A stretch of 64,000 nucleotides of DNA from Adineta vaga (lineage: Eukaryota; Animalia; Rotifera): contig CP075497.1 in assembly GCA_021613535.1 (NCBI GenBank), forward strand, positions 12,648,001-12,712,000. The letters run 5' to 3'. Position 1 is the first letter of the stretch. The number at the start of each line of letters is the position of its first letter. Made by a program: the position numbers and the translations under genes. The notes under the pieces were generated by a model. The model was not told where the DNA came from, made no database searches, and worked only from the letters and a program-made list of their open reading frames with translations. Of the stretch, positions 12,918-26,192 are shown one piece after another.

Positions 12918-13070
12918 ATAATTCATCAATCATTCCATTGTCAGATAAAAAACTAATCTTTGTTTTCGTTTTTTTTGTAAATCAAAAGCATGTCAGATAT
13001 TCTTCTCGGTTTTTTTCATTACTCAATATTTAGATTTGTTATAAACTTTGTTTTAGATAGAAAGAAACAA

Positions 13071-15283
13071 ATGACAGTTAGACAGTTAACATTTCTTCTC
13101 TTTGTGATAATTAATTCTAAAACAGGTTTGAAAAACAGAAATTTGAAATAAAAGAATTTCTTTTGTTTTATCTTTTAAGTGACAAGTCAACTTCGTTGTA
13201 CATTTGATCGTCCATTACTAGGAGAATATTATTCGTATGAAAATGGTCTGGAAACTCATACATCATTAAAAGAAAATGGAGATATTGATCGACTTTTTTA
13301 TCGTCGTCAATCAGGTCTTGGTGCTACGGCAAGTATTATTACAATTCTTGATAATCATGCATTGGGAGAATGTCTTAGTCTTGATTGGAAAGAAAATCCA
13401 TTTGATCATGCATCAAAACATCATTTTCAATTAATTTATCGTGATAAGTAAGAAGAATTGTTAGAAGAAATTTTTTATTTATTTCTTTATTTGTTTGTTT
13501 ATTTTAGAGAAAAATCTTGTTATCAATGTTATCAAATGTATAATCGAACACGAAATATTCTTCAAATAAGAAAAAGTGAATGCAATGAAATTACATCATT
13601 TGTAACAAATCAAATGAATTATCAAGATCTTTGTGCAAGTATCAATCTAGATGCCGATTTCGATACTTTATTTTGTATGTTTTCTTTGTTTTTGTCTGAG
13701 GAAATCATTTGTTTTCTTTTTTCTTCTTTTTAAGCAAAAACTTATTCAGCTGAAGAATGTCGTGCAACAATTTATGGAACATTTCATTTTACCTATGAAT
13801 TTCGTGAAGGTGGTATTGGCATTTGTGATAATCCGATATCTCGTTTAGTCTCATGTCCAGATCCAGGTACACCATTTGAAGCTGTTAATGAACGTTTTTG
13901 GATGACATATGGTTATTGTCGTGATCTTGTTTCTTCAATTGATGCTCAACCTTTATATCAATGTTTGGGTTATTGGATTAATGACAAAGGTGATGTTTTT
14001 ACAGGAATTGCCAATGAACGAGTGGGTTCCGAACGTTGGTATGATAAATTTCGTTGTATGTTAACAAGACAAGATCAACCACAATGGTTTGCAAAATCTT
14101 TATTTGCTGAATGTTCTCGTCTTTATTCACCAACAGATGGACCAGAGAAAGTTATCATTACACCTGTTGTTCCAGAAGTTCCAACACCCACTTGTTTCTT
14201 TCCAGATAATTTTACTGGTGAATGGGTTAATACCGCAAATGTTAATGCACGAACAATTATTAATTCTACACATATTCATGAAATATCTCAAGTTAATAAT
14301 CGTGGTTGGTTAAGAGAAACTTATTATGTTTGTCAACAAATTAGTCGGCAACAATATTTAGTTAAAACGGTGACGAAAGGAGAATGTTTTTCGTATTATA
14401 TTTGTTTTGATTTCAAAGATCGTCATCATAATATTCTTAGATATAGAAAATCCAAATCGTTTATGTCGAATGTTTATGATGATCTTTCAAAACGTGATCC
14501 ACTTTATGAAGTTTGTTCATGGACAAGTTTTGGAAATGATGCTAATTGGAAATATCAAGTTTTTGTTTTGGATCCACCATCACCAATTGAATGTCCATTT
14601 ACAGGTATGTGGACATTTAAACAAGTTGGTCAACCAAACTCCTTAATTCACACACGTATTCGCGGAGGTGTAACACCTCGCCCACGTGATCATGGTTGGT
14701 ATATCACTTGTGATCCGAAATATATGGTTTCACAATGGTCAATTTGTGGTGATCAAACCAAATCAATGTTTGCTGATCGTGAATATTGTCGACAATTAGA
14801 TCCATATGGAACACCAATTGGTGTTTATGAACAACCTGATTACATTTATCAATGTGCTGGATATTGGAGAGAAGATTCACGTTCATATTTAATAACATAC
14901 GATCGTGATGATCCATATATAAATTTCAAATGTTGGGTTTATGAACGATTTGATTTATTTAAAATCTATTTATCACGATCAGCTGGATCATTTTGTGGTT
15001 TTAATCAAACATCGGAAAGTTATCGTCCAGAAGATGGAGCTGATCTTCGTATTGAACTTGATGAAGCTGAGCGCATTCGTAAGTTAATTTCACTTTAAAA
15101 TAAATTTTTGTGATGATTTTGCTTGTAATATTAGATGATGATTGTCCAATTCGTTATGATGATGGACGAAATCCATGGCAAGTTATTGATGAATTTTTAT
15201 TTTATTATGCATCATCTTCAAAAATACATCCGTCCTTATTTCTTTATGTTTTTCTCATCTCATTTATTCTCAATATGTTTTAA
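13071..15283 (+). CDS. Cys-rich repeat-domain protein, copy B (tandem paralog of A)
   Basis: 5 exons (introns 13126-13179, 13448-13507, 13675-13734, 15079-15134). Signal peptide, hydrophobic C-tail; long near-identical tracts shared with copy A. Confidence 0.85.
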
Positions 15284-16357
15284 TTAGTATAATTAACAGT
15301 GACAATAAGTGTTTGTTTTTACTATATTCACATTTTTTTTTCTTCATTTTGTACATTCCACTATTTGACTATGACAGTTTTAGTGATTTTTCTTTTTACA
15401 TTTTAATCGTACATTTATGACATTAATAAATGTAAATAACTCAGATAGCATCAAAGATGATTTGTTTAGTTGGTGAATCTTGTATGATGTTAGATGCGAA
15501 TTTCTTCGGATTCAAGAAGAGTTAGAATATGTGATTAAATAAAGAAAGGTAATATGGAAATAACTGATCAAATATAACAGAATTGTTTTTTTGAAATATA
15601 TCAGAAAAAACCAAAAGATTTTCAATATGAATAGTAAGATTATTTTCAATCGTCTTTGGTACTTTTTCTACTTTCTTCAAAAAAGAGCCTATATATGAGT
15701 ACTTTACAATAGATAACAATGCGTCTCAATGATTTTGGTCAAATTATAATATTACTGAACGAATAAGGTTCTACAAAGAAAGCACATCACAGTATCTAGC
15801 TATTTGATGTTTTCTTCAAAGAAAGAAGATAATTAAGAAAATAGATCGCTTGGTTCTTCGTCTGTCAACTAGTGAATGTTACTCAAATTTGATCTTCTGA
15901 GTATAAGAAGATTTTGCACAAACTAAAATGCATTTCTATGATATTACCATGAAATTGAAGATTTGTATATCTTTTATTTGACTTTTGCTGCAAAAGATAT
16001 AGGTTACACTTTTGATTGGTAATTTCTCCAGTGATGAACACGAATTCGTTTTTGAAAAACGTTCTCTGACATCAGTTACAATAACTTGTTCTCCTTATTA
16101 TTTCACTTATGAAATACATATGGAATGTTTTAATAAGTTAATGTATAGAATTTCTCTTTAATATTTATAATTTTCTTTAAAAACTATTTTATTGACAAGT
16201 TAGAAATATTATCTTACAAAAGTTAGACTGCTATAACCACAAAATGATCTAGACATAGAAATACAACTGTTGTGATAACACTTGTAATTATATAAACGAT
16301 TATAGTAAAAATTAATTTTTTTACTTTAATATTTCATTCTCTTTCTATATTCTTTGT

Positions 16358-17165
16358 TCATCGGTAAAATTTAGCACGTATTGAAGTACTATTTTCAAGG
16401 TATTCATAAAGATTGCTGAATGATAGATCAAATACACAAATCATACTTAATGGATCATTCTCTTCAAATAAATATCCTCCCATACACACGGATGCAAGGA
16501 TCAATGCGAAACATATATGACAAGTAATATAAAATATTTTCTCACAGTAAAGAATAAGATTAGTTCGAAGAATAATATCTGTAAGAATAATAAAACAGGA
16601 AGCAACGTGTGAAAAGGAGATAGTCCGATGCCATGCGTATAGCATACCAATAATAATTGGTAAGTAATAAATCACCGCAAATTTAATCCTGAAAAAATAA
16701 TTTTCGATGTCTATTTGAAGAGAACATGATAAATATGAAAGATTAGAACAATCATTAGTGAACATTGTTTGAAGTGTAGTTAAACGAGCATGTGTAAGAG
16801 AATAAGATTTAAATTGAAAACGATAAGGTAGTACATGAAAAATGCTGAAGAACGTTCCTGTAAACCATAATAAAAAGAAGAATCCAGGTTGACAAGGAAG
16901 TTGAACGAAAAACTCTACAACACCTATATTCATTTATTCTAAATAAAATACAGAAAAAGATGGGTTATTGAGAAATCATTGAAATTTTACTAGAAGTGTT
17001 TGTTCACCTTAAACATATGATATCCTATAGTACAGTTACTATAACAAATACAATTCATATAGTTAGTTGATGAGTATTTGAATATTCTTCACTGTGAATG
17101 TCAATGAATTTCGCTTATGTGCTATTGATCTACTTACAATAGTAATGAGTATTAGTTCTTCTCAT
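16358..17165 (-). pseudogene. Decayed multi-pass membrane protein gene
   Basis: Several hydrophobic segments. The upstream exon (HQLTI*IVFVIVTVLGYHMFK) joins the downstream NK*IGVVEFF across a GT-AG intron only after removing two 2-bp insertions; TGA stops fall at likely Trp positions. Confidence 0.45.
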
Positions 17166-18461
17166 ATATTAAATATTTTATAGAAAACGTACAATATTAC
17201 TTCGATAGTCAAAAAAAAGGATTTTAAATCGTATGTATAAAAAAGTAATAAACGATGATATTATTCACATAAACCATGCATGTCTTTTGGAAGAATAATT
17301 TCGGTAAGATTCTCCTCTGTAATTCTACACAGATATTGGCTCAATTTATTAGATTTTTATTTTTTATTAAATAATTCCTATGATGAAGATATTGTTTATA
17401 TAGATGTTAGAACTTTGTAATTGATGCTATATAGAAAAATCAGAGATTTATTTTATTATAGTTTCTTGAAAATAGATTTTAATTGACAAATTTTCGAAAC
17501 TTAATTAAACAATTTTGAAAGATTTCAAACATATAGAATAATACTCTATACTAACTATAGAAACACTTCTATTTCTAGTAACGAATTTTCTCTAGCTGTT
17601 GCATGAATAGCTATGAATCACATGTAATGTGTAATAATGAAAAGAAATATCATGATTCTGAATGATTATGAGTAAAAAAGAAATCAAGGAAAAAATCATT
17701 CAAACAGATCGATACAAAAAATTCTTCTTACTAATCAGTTTTAAAAACCAATAACGATTTTACTGATTTAAAACGAAATATTGTTGATTTGGTTCGACGT
17801 ATTGTCAGAAGTGGAAGATAAGCCAATACGTTTGCAATAACTAGACAATATCTTTTATTTTCTGTCTATCGCGTACATATCAATGTGAGAGCGATTGATG
17901 GTTATATTTATTCTCTCTTATTCAATTGCCCTTTGCTATAGATATATAGAAAATAGAGAGTTCATGTTCTCTTTTCATCCTCTATATTATTCGTGTTCGA
18001 TGTGCAATGTTGAACTTGATAACAAATTTCTAGAAACAATTTATCTTATGATCTTTTTTTATCCGTATTTAATTCTCGAATTGGACAAGTGTAACAACAG
18101 GTTTAACAGAATAAGAATGATTAAAAATGGAGTTGAAGCAATATGAAAGACAATAAAAAATGTTAAGTAAGAAGTAGTTCGTTGCTGCTTTTCACACATA
18201 ACACAACTACTTAAAAGAATAAAATAAGAACATTTCACGACCATGACGAAGTTAATAAAAATATGAAGATTGTGTTCAGAAGTGCAATATATTGACTTCT
18301 TTGATACACTTTTTAAACAGTTCAAATTGACTTTGATAAATTTAGACTAACTTCAGTGTTGTTCAAATAAAAGTAATGGATTCCCTTTATACAGAAGTGA
18401 TATGGCGTGTACGAAATTTTCACGAATTCCGTATTCCATAATTTCCATAAATGTAATGCTT

Positions 18462-18596
18462 GAAAGTTGAATTCAATTATTCATTCAACTATTCAACAAT
18501 TCAACAATTCATTTGAGCCGAAGGGTGATGAGGGGCAAGGGAAAGTGACGGTGCTTCGGCAGGTGTTTGAGGAAGGAATAGTTGAATTCAACTTTC
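18462..18596. mobile_element. Small foldback/MITE
   Basis: 21-bp terminal inverted repeat gaaagttgaattcaa(t/c)tattc (1 mismatch) plus an inner gccgaag/cttcggc stem. Confidence 0.65.
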
Positions 18597-18720
18597 GTGT
18601 TTTACACTACTGGATCGATTATAAGCTTTCGCGGAATAAATGTTCGAATATCAACTCTATATCATCACCTTGTGGAATTGGACTACTGGATTGTAGTGAA
18701 CATCTTGATGAATATGTACT

Positions 18721-18863
18721 CCCATGTCGACTCGTACGCCCCAGAACCGGCGGGTTCCGTACAATTCCGAAAACTTCATAGAAGCAGTATTTCGGCCGGT
18801 GATTTTCCCGCGTCTTTCTTACCGGATCCTGCGGAGTTCGAAGATCGAAACGTCCGTCCTGGG
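18721..18863. mobile_element. CCCAGG-type MITE (CMC/EnSpm-like), 2-bp TSD CT
   Basis: ct|cccatgtcga...gtcctggg|ct; shares tagaagcagtatt with the 25504 element. Confidence 0.65.
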
Positions 18864-19089
18864 CTTGTTTCCATTGCCTAGAAAAAAAGCTACATATTAA
18901 TATAATACATCAAAAATGAATAAATTTACTTGCATCAAATAATATAAAACTTGTCAATTAGAGCAATCAAATCTAAATGAATAACAACAAGACGAAAAAA
19001 AACCAAAAATTGGATTGATTTCAGAAAGACAGATCGTGAAATGAACAAATTACTCTATATAGTTAAATAAAATATTTTCGTCATATATG

Positions 19090-19260
19090 CCCAGGTCGAC
19101 AAATCCAATATTGGATCCGACGTTTCTACAAAATCCTATCGGGTTCCTGGTGACGGATCTGTATTGGGTTCCGTCAGTAAAATTTCCGTCGGAAGCTGCA
19201 TATTTTATTACGGTCTTATGGCCACCTGTCGGATCCAAGTATCGGATTGATCGACCTGAG
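19090..19260. mobile_element. CCCAGG-type MITE (CMC/EnSpm-like), 2-bp TSD TG
   Basis: tg|cccaggtcgacaaatccaata...tatcggattgatcgacctgag|tg, ~21-bp TIR. Confidence 0.75.
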
Positions 19261-19352
19261 TGTGCCGCTAGCTATTGAGAAACAGATTCTAGTGCGAAAA
19301 CGTATCGTAGTTCATCCAGCCATTTTCGAATAAATATAATACACACAAATAG

Positions 19353-20860
19353 CTACCGAGTTGTCCTTTAATACAAGAATATTATTCAAGGGGGAAAAAG
19401 CGATTAGGGATTTTTTTATTCAATTTGAATTTTTGACTGATTTAAATCAGCTTTTCTCCCCTTGATATTATTCATATACAAATGGTCTTGAAACACATGC
19501 ATCATTTAAAGATACTATGGTGATATAGAAAGAAGATTTTATCGAAGAGAATCAGGTGCAGGAGCAACAAGAAAAGATACAGGTGGTCTTCTTGTTAATG
19601 AAGATTTAGGTGAATGTTTTAAATTATCAATTAAACAAAATTATTATGAAATCATTTATAGAGACAGGTAAATAAGATTTATTTTTTATTTATTTTCATG
19701 TTTTTTTTCAAACCACAGATCTCAATCTTGTTATCAAATATTTAATCGAACAAAAAATATCAATCAAATTAGAAAAAGTATTTTATTAATTTAGTTGTAA
19801 AAATAAAATAAAATAAAATAAATATTTTAAGGTTCATGTGGAGAAACAACATCATTAGTTTCAAATCAAATGAATTTTGATGATTTATGTCGATCAATAG
19901 ATGAACAAAGTGAATTTATTACACTTTTTTGTAAGTTGATTTTCTAAGCTTAGTTTTCGAAAAAAAATCATTTTGTTTCTAGTAAAAACATATTCAGCGG
20001 AAGAATGTCGTCGAACTATTTATAGAACATTTCATTTCACATATGAATTTCGTGAAGGTGGTATTGGTATTTGTGATAATCCATCGTCACGTTTAGTCTC
20101 ATGTCCTGATCCAGGTACACCTTTTGAAGCTGTTAATGAACGTTTTTGGATGACATATGGCTATTGTCGTGATCTTGTTTCTTCAATTGATGCTCAACCT
20201 TTATATCAATGTTTGGGTTATTGGATTAATGACAAAGGTGATGTTTTTACAGGAATTGCCAATAAACGAGTGGGTTCTGAACGTTGGTATGATAAATTTC
20301 GTTGTATGTTAACAAGACAAGATCAACCACAATGGTTTGCGAAATCTTTATTTGCTGAATGTTCTCGTCTTTATTCACCAACAGATGGACCAGAGAAAGT
20401 TATCATTACACCTGTTGTTCCAGAAGTTCCAACACCCACTTGTTTCTTTCCAGATAATTTTACTGGTGAATGGGTTAATACAGCAAATGTTAATGCAAGA
20501 ACTATTATTAATTCTACACATATTCATGAAATATCTCAAGTTAATAATCGTGGTTGGTTAAGAGAAACTTATTATGTTTGTCAACAAATTAGTCGACAAC
20601 AATATTTAGTTAAAACAGTGACGAAAGGAGAATGTTTTTCATATTATATTTGTTTTGATTTCAAAGATCGTCATCATAATATTCTTAGATATAGAAAATC
20701 CAAATCGTTTATGTCGAATGTTTATGATGATCTTTCAAAACGTGATCCACTCTATGAAGTTTGTTCATGGACAAGTTTTGGGAATGATGCGAATTGGAAA
20801 TATCAAGTTTTTGTACTAGATCCACCATCACCAATCGAATGTCCATTTACAATCAGCTAG
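19353..20860 (+). pseudogene. Mosaic third copy (C) of the Cys-rich gene, 3'-truncated
   Basis: Divergent 5' part and distinct intron 2. Near-identical to A (including introns) from ~19730 to ~20090, then near-identical to B up to CPFT at ~20851, where it stops. Carries a MITE, a +2 frameshift (19517) and a 9-bp deletion. Confidence 0.85.
19387..19464. mobile_element. 78-bp mini-transposon with CAAGG ends and an 8-bp TSD (P-element/hAT-like)
   Basis: atattatt|caagggggaaaaagc...gcttttctccccttg|atattatt; inserted into the EYYSY codons of copy C. Confidence 0.85.
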
Positions 20861-22208
20861 AAAGTGAATCAATCTCTCGTGAATTTGTGACGAAAATTTA
20901 TAAGTCGATGTAAAGATTTTAATAAAACAAAAACTTTCCGTTGAAGATTTTTTTAATCATTAAACTCTTTTATGCCTATTGATTTTGTTCTGTAACTGGC
21001 TTGAATACATGAATGATTACACATTCCGGAATAGATTATCGATAGAGTATTTCAAATTAATGTTAGTCGCATACAAGAAACATTGAAAATTTGTCAAAGT
21101 TTGAACGAAATGGTACTAACTTATGACTCGATTGTTTCCTTTTATTCCAAATAATTTATATTGTCTATTTTTTAAAGTTAACATCTATATTTAATTGATC
21201 TTCGTTTAATCAGAAATATATAATCATATACTAATCAATGTCGTCAAACGGATAATCAAATGGTAACTATTATAATTGATATATGAGACATTGATAACTC
21301 GAAATGATTCGAATATAATTGAAATGTAATCTTAATGAATATCTTCTTTTCAGAAGGAAAAAAATGATATGAAATTATAAAAAAAAGATATTTTATTTTC
21401 CATTTAATTGTTCATAACAACGAATAAATAACTTTAATTAGATAAATTAGATTTCCGATTATTCTCATTTAGTGATATTATTATAAGAAAAAAAAGTATC
21501 AAACTTGCTTTACTACGTGTTTCTTTTTCTAAACGAAAGAGATTCATTTGACGTTAAAATTATTTGAGAAAAGTATATCGAATAAAACCATAGAAATTGA
21601 GATTAGCATGAGATAGAAAAAAATTTTACCTTTTTCTGTTTTGTTACATATTTTCTCAAAGAAATCTTATTTAACAAAAATGAATGAATAATTGATAAAA
21701 ACTTTTCTTTGAAAATAAAAATATACTCATGTATGTTTGTTTTCTCAAGTAGATAATCAAATATTTAAAAGAATAAAAACATGAAGAATTATAAAGTATT
21801 TAATTGAAAGAAAAAGAAAATGTTGTTGAAAAAAGAATTTTTAAATTAATATTTAATAAATTAAAATATATTTTATTTTAAATCAAATAAATCTGAATAT
21901 TCCAATCTTATTAATAATGAAAGGAGAAAAAAACAGAAAGAGATCTTAATAGAATATGAAACATAACTGACAAAGAGCTTTCCTTTCATATTTTTTCTCT
22001 AAATTATCTTGTTTAGAAAAAAGGATTGGCTGAAGAAGAAGGAAAAACTCGGAGATTCTTTTTCTTTCTTTTTTCTTTTCATCATCACCGACAAGAAACT
22101 ATAAAAAAGAAAAAAAAAGGAAGAACAAGCATTCTAATCTCTCTATGAGAGATGAAATACAAAATAAATTGGTTTTGAAAAAGAAATTCTTTTTGTTAAT
22201 ATGAAAAA

Positions 22209-23312
22209 ATGTCTTCATCAACATTAAATCTTGATAAACCATTAGAACTTATTCAAAAAACCTATACTTTACAAACAACAAATCAACTTCATGAAAATCC
22301 ATCAACAGCACGAGTATCACATGCAAAAATATCAACACATCAACCATCAAGAAAATCATCTGTTCATGATATTCATGAAGTTACAAGAGATGATCTTAAT
22401 AAAGTTTGATTAGATTGTTTTTCATTTCAATAAAATCATTAATTATTTTGTAGATTTTATCAGATATTCAAGCAAATCTTTCACGTTTAAAATTTTTACT
22501 AGAGACAACCGTATCTGTTCAAACAATACGTGATGAATTTTTCAAATTAAAAGATCATTTATTCATGAAAATTTTAGAATTTATTTCCAAATTATCAAAT
22601 GAATCAACACGAAGGTTTGTTGGTTTTTCAATAAAAAAATATATATTCTTTTTTCTTTCATTTTCATTTCAGAGGATCAATAACTTCCAGAGGAAATAAT
22701 TCCAATACTCTAATTCATCATCCTCAACATCTTGTTTATTGTATTGAACATTTTCGTAGTGAACTTTTGAAAGCAAAATATTTATTTAATTCTTTAACAA
22801 ATCTATCTTCAATTGGAACAGCAACTTTAGATAATATTCAAATTAAATCAATATCAAATTCTTTTTATAATCAATTTCAAGATGAAAATAATCGAAATGA
22901 TTCACAAGATTCACTTCAAATTAAAAAGTTTTACTTTGTACTTCTTTTTTTTATTTAAAAGAAAATTCCTTTTTTATTTTAGAGATATATCAATATTAGA
23001 AGATCATGCATATGTTCTAAGTCAACAATATTATAATCATCTGTCTGATTGGAATAATTTAGGTATGTTCTTGTATTTTCATTCTTCTAATTCAAAAATC
23101 ACATTGAATTTCTATTAGATCGAACAGTAACAGATGAAGAAAGAATAAATAAAACAAATGGATTCCATGGAAATCGTTTGCATGGACCACAATTAAAACA
23201 AAAACTATCAACAGCATCATCAATTGCTTCTATGGATGATGGAAATTTTTGTTCAAGAATTTATCAAAAATGTCAAAATATTTGTTGTCTTTGCACACCA
23301 AATTATATTTAA
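22209..23312 (+). CDS. Multi-exon protein of unknown function with a C-terminal Cys cluster
   Basis: Five exons joined by GT-AG introns (~22404-22453, ~22615-22671, ~22928-22982, ~23063-23118); ends CSRIYQKCQNICCLCTPNYI*. Confidence 0.7.
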
Positions 23313-23928
23313 ATGAAAAAGCTTTTAATTTTTTAGTAAATGATGCTAGCATCACAAACATGTTAGGTGAAAATATTTATTTCTTTTTAATATTTTTCAA
23401 CTATCTTTTTTTATTTAATCGAAATATTTCAGCTATTTTCTAAAAAATAAAGAAATCTTTCGAAATAAATTTGTAAATAAATCAAATTTTTAGTATTTTA
23501 TTTACTGAAATAATAACGAAGGAAAATCATTGAATTATATTTTTGAAATATTTGATGGTTTTTCAGTTCTAATATCCTTAATAGGTAAATCAGATCGTAT
23601 CAATATGTCACTCTCATACCCTTTTCCGAAGAGGATTTTCGATTTATCATCAAATATCAGTGGAAAATTATAGTTCTTGTCATATTTAAATGAAAAGCCT
23701 TTTTTTCATCTCGTATGATTATTTCCTTTTACAAGTACTTTAGATAAACAACGATAAATAGAGCGCTTGAGTGCATTGCACAATGAATGTGCGATGCGAC
23801 GCATACTTCGTACAAATCCCAAAGCAAGATATTTGATTTGCATGAGTTCGACTTCATTGAGATGGGAGAAATAACATCTGAAGACAAAAATTAATATTTA
23901 ACATTTAAGCTTTACAAAAATCTTCTAA

Positions 23929-24082
23929 CAGAGATGGGCAATTCCAACTCCGAAGTTGACGAGTTTTTAACCGGAGTTGGTTTTTTTAATCCTATATGAA
24001 GTTGAGGTGGAGTTCGAGAGAAGTTTTGAGAGATGAGATGGAGAGAAGTGGAGTTGCATACTTCCGGAGCTGCCCACGTCTG
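23929..24082. mobile_element. hAT-like MITE
   Basis: TIR cagagatgggca/tgcccacgtctg; 8-bp TSD tcttctaa/tctgctaa (7/8). Confidence 0.8.
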
Positions 24083-25503
24083 TCTGCTAAACTAACCGTT
24101 AGTATCGATAATTTCAGAATCAGAATTACCTTCATTATCATTGTAAACATTATTGAGAATTTCTGGAGGCGCATGATAGACCTAAAAGAAACATTGTTTA
24201 TTATATATCAGGAAGAAAACAAATAGAAAAGACAAAATATAAATGAATGTGAACGACGAATTTCACTTACTAATCTAATCTGTGATAGAGATATTTTTCT
24301 ACACATCTTAAACTCAATTGTTAAATATAAACAAGTAGAATATACTTATGTATATCATATGTCTGGATCAAGGTGATTTTAATCGAATAGAAAAAATTTC
24401 TCTATTCTTCATTAGCAGGCGATCATTCTTTGAAAATGATCTCTTTAACTTCTCACTAATTGAGTTTCTTCATCGAATTTTTCAGAACTCGTTTTTGATG
24501 CACCTAAGTTGTGTTCTTCCATCCGTTAATGGCCTTTGTTTCTTTTCATGTGTAAAAGTCAGTACGAGTTTATTCATGAATCAATTTTGTTAAATACGCT
24601 TTCAAAAGAAAATCTATCTAAACTTCGAATATAACATGGTCTCTTATCATATTTGGAATATTCCTATGTACACTGATATTTATATCTCTCTCTACGACAA
24701 TATACAGAAAGAAATAGTAGAAAGGTATCCTATAATGAATCTTTTGTTTCTTTTCTTTTCTTTTTCATATACACATCCTCCCTTAATAAAAGCCCATCCT
24801 GTACTAAAAACCCACCCGGAATAGAAGCCCACTGTCAATGTTACAATTTTGCAGATATAACACAGGCCCATTTAATCAGAAATGCGCATATTATGAGACA
24901 AAAGAAATCAAATTATTTCGTTGATAGAATGTAATTCTTTTCAATAATATGTTCAATTGATATGTACTTCAATTTGTTTCCTTCTTTCTACATACATTTT
25001 CAGGCAATCTATTTCTTTTCGTTCTGTTTATAAGTTTCTTTTACCAGAGAATATTTTTCGTGAGCTATTACCATTGTAGAATATAAGAAAGAATTTCTTG
25101 TTGTCTAATTCGTGATAAAAAGCAATCATAACTATATTCTGATGTCTACAGGACAGAACCATCACAACATTTATCTGTAACACATGTCGAAATCATTCCT
25201 AATGGAAAAAAATTATTTACATATATTACCATTACCATCATCATCATTAATTGATTCAACTGATAATGAATCTGATTTTTCTGTCGATTCTGACGATCAA
25301 ATTATTGAAAATGTCATGCAGATGCTAGACAATGTTATGGATAATAGTAAAGAGTTGTGGATGAATAAAGAAAAAGTGGAAAGTGATGATATTACAATTA
25401 CGACTGCTTTTGAATTTTCTACAGATCGCTATAGAAAAGTGAAAAAAATGGTATCTTTATACAAGCCCACCTTTGGACTTATAATTTTCTGAATACATTA
25501 GAA

Positions 25504-26192
25504 TCTAGGTTCACCAATTCCATACTCGGATCCGCTCAGATTTCTGGTGATAGAAACCCATCGGATTCCGTTGTGCTTGGATCCGATCGATGACCTTAAG
25601 GCCATTATCCCAGAACGATGGATCCTAGAAGCAGTATTCCGTCTATTTCCGGCGAAAACCTGCAGGATATCTATACTTTCTGCGCTGGATACCAAGGGGA
25701 AAGTACCTGGAATCCTTATGAAGGAGTCGGTAATCGTATCCGATGACAAGATTCAGTCTGTGAGGTACTCGTAATGGGGATGCAAATGTAAACTCCAACC
25801 TCCGCTAGAAACGATAGGCTAGATCAACTGATCGAGAACTCCCACTAGAAAAAAAATATATAAAATCCTAACACACCTAATAATAAAGTATAAGAGATAA
25901 TATAATATCACCCATATTTATTGGGGGTAAACAAGGAGAAGATCAGAACCACAAAACAACTGAGCTGAGAAAAAAGCTAAACATCTCTATATTTATAACT
26001 AGACATAGAGAGAGAATAACGAAATGAAAAAATGAAAAAATAATAACACGAGGGAAAGGAATGAAAAAGAACAAAGACACAACATAGTTAAAAACAACGT
26101 CTAACAAATCTGCAGCAAGTGACTGGCTTTTCTTCCAACGGAATCTAATGGATTTCCGTCATCAGTAATCCGGTCGGATTCGTGAATCTGGG
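25504..26192. mobile_element. CCCAGG-type MITE with a nested insertion
   Basis: Ends tctaggttcaccaattcc / ggattcgtgaatctggg; ggatccg/cggatt-rich body interrupted at 25759-26140. Confidence 0.6.
25759..26140 (-). mobile_element. Probable solo LTR nested in the MITE
   Basis: ~380 bp; minus strand (c)GTTGG...CTCACA ends, with TATAAATA followed ~70 bp later by AATAAA. No clean TSD seen. Confidence 0.45.

Noticed and set aside
24768-25500. Possible pogo/Tc1-like relic with an acidic 102-aa ORF
   Set aside because: Only aagcccac motifs and very degenerate ends; no DDE motif visible.
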